From Thermodesulfobacteriota bacterium (lineage in GTDB: Bacteria > Desulfobacterota > Syntrophia > Syntrophales > UBA5619), in the NCBI GenBank assembly GCA_040755475.1, contig JBFMBA010000047.1:1-29790 (forward strand): a stretch of 29,790 nucleotides of DNA, given 5' to 3'. The notes under the pieces are model-generated. The model did no database searches, had not been told where the DNA came from, and saw only the letters and a program-made list of their open reading frames with translations. The position numbers and the translations under genes are program-made. Positions 26,100 to 29,790 of the stretch are shown here, one piece after another (position 1 is the first letter of the stretch; each line of letters opens with the position of its first letter).

Positions 26100-26837
26100 A
26101 TGGAGAAGAAGAATAAAATCCTGGCGATCATTCAGAATTACGGGCTGATCATCATTTCCGCCGGTGTTGCGTTTGTTTACTGGCGCATCGAATCGCTCCA
26201 GCTCGGCGATACGCCCACGCTGTGGATCACCCTGATCCTTTTTTTCGGCTATGGGGCCTTCACCCAGTATTTCATCAATACCCACAAGCGGATGGCCGCC
26301 GAGATCCTGTCCCTCTCCATTACCGATCCTCTCACCGGGCTGTACAACCGCAGAGGATTCATGGCCCTTGCGGAGCAGCAGATCAGGATGGCCGAAAGGT
26401 CCAAGGAGGGACCGCTGCTCATGCTCATGTTCGCCGATCTGGATAAGATGAAATCAATCAATGACAATCTGGGTCACAAGAAGGGGGACAAGGCACTGGT
26501 CGAAGTGGCATCGATCCTCAAGAAGGCGTTCCGGGAATCGGATATCATCGCGCGGGTGGGGGGCGATGAATTTGCGGTACTGGGGACCATTGCCCAAAAC
26601 AGCGGCGTCCATCTGTTCGAAGACCGGCTGCAGCAGCAGATCGAACTCCACAATGCCCAGGAGCAAAGGGACTTCCTACTCTCCCTGAGCATCGGCAGCG
26701 CCTGCAAAGAACCGGAACACCTTCAATCGATCGATGATTTGATGTCTGCTGCCGACAAGAAGATGTACGAGCAAAAGCGCAGCAAGCTTCAGCAGGAACC
26801 CACGCAATTCCCGGCGGCGCAAGACTCCTTCGCCTGA
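26100..26837 (+). CDS. Membrane-anchored diguanylate cyclase (2 TM + GGDEF)
   Basis: TDPLTGLYNRR, DLDKMKSINDNLGHKKGD, RESD I-site and intact GGDEF. Confidence 0.92.
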   Translation: MEKKNKILAIIQNYGLIIISAGVAFVYWRIESLQLGDTPTLWITLILFFGYGAFTQYFINTHKRMAAEILSLSITDPLTGLYNRRGFMALAEQQIRMAERSKEGPLLMLMFADLDKMKSINDNLGHKKGDKALVEVASILKKAFRESDIIARVGGDEFAVLGTIAQNSGVHLFEDRLQQQIELHNAQEQRDFLLSLSIGSACKEPEHLQSIDDLMSAADKKMYEQKRSKLQQEPTQFPAAQDSFA

Positions 26838-26843
26838 TCGGAT

Positions 26844-26877
26844 CGGCGCAAAGGCCCCCTGTGGCCTCCGTTTTTTT
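26844..26877 (+). terminator. Probable terminator after the GGDEF gene
   Basis: AGGCC-(6)-GGCCT stem with a possible CGG/CCG base, then T7. Confidence 0.5.
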
Positions 26878-27010
26878 GATCGGCCGCGGTCCGCCTACCC
26901 GAGCGGTTCGATGGCCACGAAAGATCCCTCCCGTACGTCAATGGCTGATTGGCCGCAACGGGGCGGGAACCGGTCTCCGGGCTTCACAACCTCACCATCT
27001 TTCAGGAGGT

Positions 27011-27631
27011 TCAGCTTCGCCTTTTGACGCCATGGTCCGTCAGGAATTTTTCCAGGATCTCGTAGGGCTGCGCCCCGACCACGGACCAGCCGTCAACGAC
27101 GAAGGTCGGGATGGATGAGATTCCCAGCCGCGCGGCAAGTGCCCAATCGGCATCGACCGCCTCGCTGAAGGATCTCGTTTTCAGTATCTGTGCCGCCTCC
27201 TCTTCGGGAAGCCCCGCCGCCTTTGCCATCGCGATCAATTCACCGGGTTTGGCAATGTTGATCCCATCGACATAATAGGCCCGGAACACGATATGATGGA
27301 ATTGGTCCCCCCTCCCTTTGCTCTCCGCCCACTTGCCCAGTTCGGTGGCGAGCCGGCTGTTGTAGGTCATCGTCCGGTCACCCAGGGGGATTCCCAGCTC
27401 ATCGGCCGCCCGCCTCTGGCGGGCCTTCACCTCACCGGGATCCCGGTTCATCCCCGAATAGAGCACCTCCAGGGAGAGCCCCTCCTCGGGGGTGTCGGGG
27501 TGAAGGGGAAAGGCTTTCCACTGGATGTCCACATCGAAGTTCTTCCGCAGTTTTTCAATACGCCCGGTACTGAAGTAGCACCAGGGTCAGATGTAATCCG
27601 AAAAGACTTGAATCGTTTTTTTCGTCGTCAT
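27011..27631 (-). CDS. DsbA/FrnE-family oxidoreductase, probable selenoprotein (Sec15, UPWC motif)
   Basis: The GGAGG RBS and ATG 27631 give MTTKKTIQVFSDYI-TGA-PWCYFSTGRIEKL..., in frame with the ORF-track fragment 27011..27532. The TGA (27587-89) occupies the first Cys of the family SDxxCPWC motif. IPTF cis-Pro loop present. Confidence 0.88.
27554..27574 (-). promoter_or_regulatory. Bacterial SECIS-like hairpin
   Basis: UUCAGUAC-CGGGC-GUAUUGAA: 8-bp stem, loop starting 20 nt after the UGA, with G at the second loop position. Confidence 0.7.
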
Positions 27632-27773
27632 GTGATTCCTCCCTTCTTGCCCGGTTTCATTTTCATATGCCGTTACGGCACCGCCGCCCGCCCCGCCGAG
27701 CCGCAATCCGCCCGCCGGTCGTGCCCTTTTTCTACACGATTCTGAACAGGGATGCCAGCACGGCGCTTGTCCA

Positions 27774-28508
27774 TCATCCCGGGTGAAACACCAGTGAAAG
27801 AGCCCCTTCCGGACATCCGTCGGCGCAGGTGCCGCATAAAATGCACTCCCTGTGCTCGACCCTTTTTCTCTCGACCATCTCCTCCACAGGCAGGCTCATG
27901 GGGCAATGTTCGGTGCAGCGGCGGCAGTGGACGCATTTAGCCGAATCGGCCGCGAGCCGCAGCGAGGGCCATTTTACCCGGTTTCGTAGGAATCTGCCGA
28001 TCATCATGAAAGGCGCCATCCAGCACAGATGGTGGCAGAAGGACCTTCTCCCCGCCAAAAAACCGGGCAACACAATGAGCAGCAGCAGAACGGTGAGGTA
28101 GGTGACAAAGGACTGAAGATCGCCGATCGACAGGCCGTACGTCGTCCGGTAGAAGAAATCCACCTCCCGATACCCCCCGGAACCGGCTGCAAGCAGTGCG
28201 ATCGCTGTCACCCAGGGAACCCAGATGATCCATTTGACGAGGTCACCCCGGACAACCCTTTTGTTCCGGGCCAAAAACATGGCTTCCTGGCAGCCGGCGG
28301 CCGGACAGACCCACCCGCAATATGCGCGACCCAACACCAGGGCGCTGACAAACAGGCCCGTAAAAACGACAAAACTGCCGTTGATGACGCCTTCGGCGGA
28401 TGCCTCCAGAATGAGAACGGGGGACAGATAATAGAATACCGCCGGGAATAGGAAGAAAGAAAAAAGGATCAGGCCCTTGCGGACACGCTGTCTTGTTTGA
28501 ATCACCAT
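27774..28508 (-). CDS. Membrane-bound 4Fe-4S-binding protein (NapH/MauN-like)
   Basis: TM helices, CGWVCP and CHHLCW, then two CxxCxxCxxxCP ferredoxin motifs. Likely start ATG 28508 (the ORF-track start at 28649 overlaps a promoter). Confidence 0.85.
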   Translation of the reverse strand: MVIQTRQRVRKGLILFSFFLFPAVFYYLSPVLILEASAEGVINGSFVVFTGLFVSALVLGRAYCGWVCPAAGCQEAMFLARNKRVVRGDLVKWIIWVPWVTAIALLAAGSGGYREVDFFYRTTYGLSIGDLQSFVTYLTVLLLLIVLPGFLAGRRSFCHHLCWMAPFMMIGRFLRNRVKWPSLRLAADSAKCVHCRRCTEHCPMSLPVEEMVERKRVEHRECILCGTCADGCPEGALSLVFHPG

Positions 28509-28617
28509 ATCGGCCTTTGCTGCAAGGTGGTGTGGAGCCCATTGTACCAGAAGCGACCCGCTTCGCCCTAGCGGTTTTTTCCATCGACCGGCCCGGGTGT
28601 CAGTCCGGCCTATTTCA

Positions 28618-28646
28618 TTGACACAGGGCATGGCCGGGCGTATGTT
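28618..28646 (+). promoter_or_regulatory. sigma70 promoter for the protease gene
   Basis: TTGACA-17 bp-TATGTT. Confidence 0.7.
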
Positions 28647-28774
28647 CACGCCGGAGGGTGCTTGATGGCTGATCGCAGAGGGGCATAGGCGGCCGTGACC
28701 GCAGGAAGCCCTTCAAGGCGTCACCGAAAACCACCCTGGTTAGGAAACGTCACCGATTCGGAAAGGAGAGTTCT

Positions 28775-29790
28775 ATGCGAAAGGGATTCAGCTCTGTGCG
28801 TCAACATTTTTCACTCAGGAAGCAAGCGGTGCCCGTTCTGGTGGCCCTGATTCTGGCCGCCTCCGTTTTTGCGCTATTCACGACGGTCAGCGCCCAGATC
28901 GAAAGCCAGAAACGGCTGGAGGCGCTCTTTGCGGGCGTGAAAGGCTGCCCCGCGAATATCGAGCAGCGCAGTCCGGCCCGGGTGGTGCTGCAGTACATCG
29001 ATGGCGTGTTCCACAAATGGGAAGAATATGACCTCGGGGAGGGGGGGGAATTCTGCATCGTCCTGAAGAAACCGGAAGAGCGGACGCTGTCCGCCGGCGA
29101 GGCCAGGACGCTGCTCGAAAACTCGTCGCGATGGCGCGAGCAGGCGCCGCCTCCGGGCGTTTCGGAAATCCTCGACCCCGGCGATCCCCGTCTGCAGAGG
29201 AAGCCCGCAACGCCGAAGCTCCCCGACAATTTCCAGATCGACAAGGGCCCCGCCTCCCCCGAGCCGGACAAGCCCGCTCCACCCGCCTATCCGGGCAGGG
29301 GAAGCCGTTCAGGTGTCGACCCGGACCGGATCCCGCCGGCGAGCCCTGAAAGTGTCGTCGGAACCGACGACCGGACCCGCGTCACCAATACGGAAAGCTA
29401 TCCCTGGAACACCGTGGGCTATATCGGAGTCAGTTATCCATCTAATCGCAACTACCGCGGCTCGGGCGCCATTGTCACCCCCCACATGGTCCTCACCGCA
29501 GGCCATGTGATATACGACTGGAGCACCGAGGGTGGATACGCCAGCGAGCTGACCTTCTCCCCCGGTCAGCGGCAGCTCTCGCCGGGCGGCGCCGTCACGC
29601 GACCCTACGGCGAGTTCGGCGCCGCGTCCTGGCAGACCAACAACAACTACGTGGACGCGCTGAAGAATAACCCGTCGGCCCAGTTCAATTACGACTACGG
29701 CGCCGCTTTCTTCAACACCTCCTTCGCCAGTAGCGTGGGGCTAAGCACCTACATGCCGGTGGTCTTCAATCTCGCGCCCGATGCGATCAA
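28775..29790 (+). CDS. Secreted trypsin-fold serine protease, V8/Mpr glutamyl-endopeptidase-like (3' truncated by window)
   Basis: Not in the ORF track. Open from ATG 28775 (RBS AAGGAG) to the window end. Signal peptide (VSA-Q), long pro-region, E/SVVGTDDRTRVTNTESYPWNTVG, LTAGH and YDYG. The catalytic Ser lies beyond the window. Confidence 0.88.
   Translation, partial: MRKGFSSVRQHFSLRKQAVPVLVALILAASVFALFTTVSAQIESQKRLEALFAGVKGCPANIEQRSPARVVLQYIDGVFHKWEEYDLGEGGEFCIVLKKPEERTLSAGEARTLLENSSRWREQAPPPGVSEILDPGDPRLQRKPATPKLPDNFQIDKGPASPEPDKPAPPAYPGRGSRSGVDPDRIPPASPESVVGTDDRTRVTNTESYPWNTVGYIGVSYPSNRNYRGSGAIVTPHMVLTAGHVIYDWSTEGGYASELTFSPGQRQLSPGGAVTRPYGEFGAASWQTNNNYVDALKNNPSAQFNYDYGAAFFNTSFASSVGLSTYMPVVFNLAPDAI

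Noticed and set aside
26100-26837. Hypr-GGDEF (cGAMP synthase) as found in deltaproteobacteria
   Set aside because: The specificity Asp (GHxxGD) is retained, whereas Hypr enzymes have Ser/Thr there.
27563-27585. Alternative 9-bp hairpin directly after the UGA as the SECIS
   Set aside because: Its loop (ACUUC) has no G and starts only 10 nt from the UGA; the 27554-27574 fold fits better.
27587-27589. Nonsense mutation making the dsbA-like gene a pseudogene
   Set aside because: The stop is TGA, falls exactly on the redox Cys, is followed by a SECIS-like hairpin, and the rest of the gene is intact. Sec is the simpler reading, pending sel genes.
28694-28756. CGTCACCGA twice plus CGTGACCG in the protease leader; ZTP-riboswitch-like start
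   Set aside because: The repeats are short and unevenly spaced, and the other ZTP consensus elements are missing.

Overview
GC-rich bacterial DNA. I infer an anaerobic deltaproteobacterium (Desulfobacterota/Syntrophales-like) from protein style, trp gene order and a selenoprotein; this is not confirmed. Bases 1-18 kb form an uptake and catabolism region. It holds a leftward GntR-carboxyltransferase-CoA transferase III-tctCBA unit, a divergent TRAP operon followed by an orphan ModA-like protein with no signal peptide, a CUT1-type sugar ABC operon, and a NitT/TauT-type ABC operon ending in a beta-decarboxylating dehydrogenase. Bases 18.2-25.6 kb hold a complete trpE-G-D-C-F-B-A operon. The last 4 kb contain a long structured leader or ncRNA candidate, a GGDEF gene, a DsbA/FrnE-family gene, a membrane 4Fe-4S protein and a truncated V8/Mpr-like protease. 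The main signals missed by the ORF track are: (1) a 21-aa trp leader peptide with four tandem Trp codons followed by TWO tandem terminators whose arms can cross-pair, suggesting a relay attenuator; (2) an in-frame UGA in the DsbA active site (UPWC) with a SECIS-like hairpin, i.e. a probable selenoprotein; (3) a ~126-bp repeat present twice in opposite orientation inside the trp operon, one copy interrupted by a REP-like palindrome cluster; (4) a perfect 22-bp operator palindrome over the gntR promoter. All RNA structures were paired by eye, not computed. I saw no tRNA, rRNA, CRISPR array, integrase or transposase.
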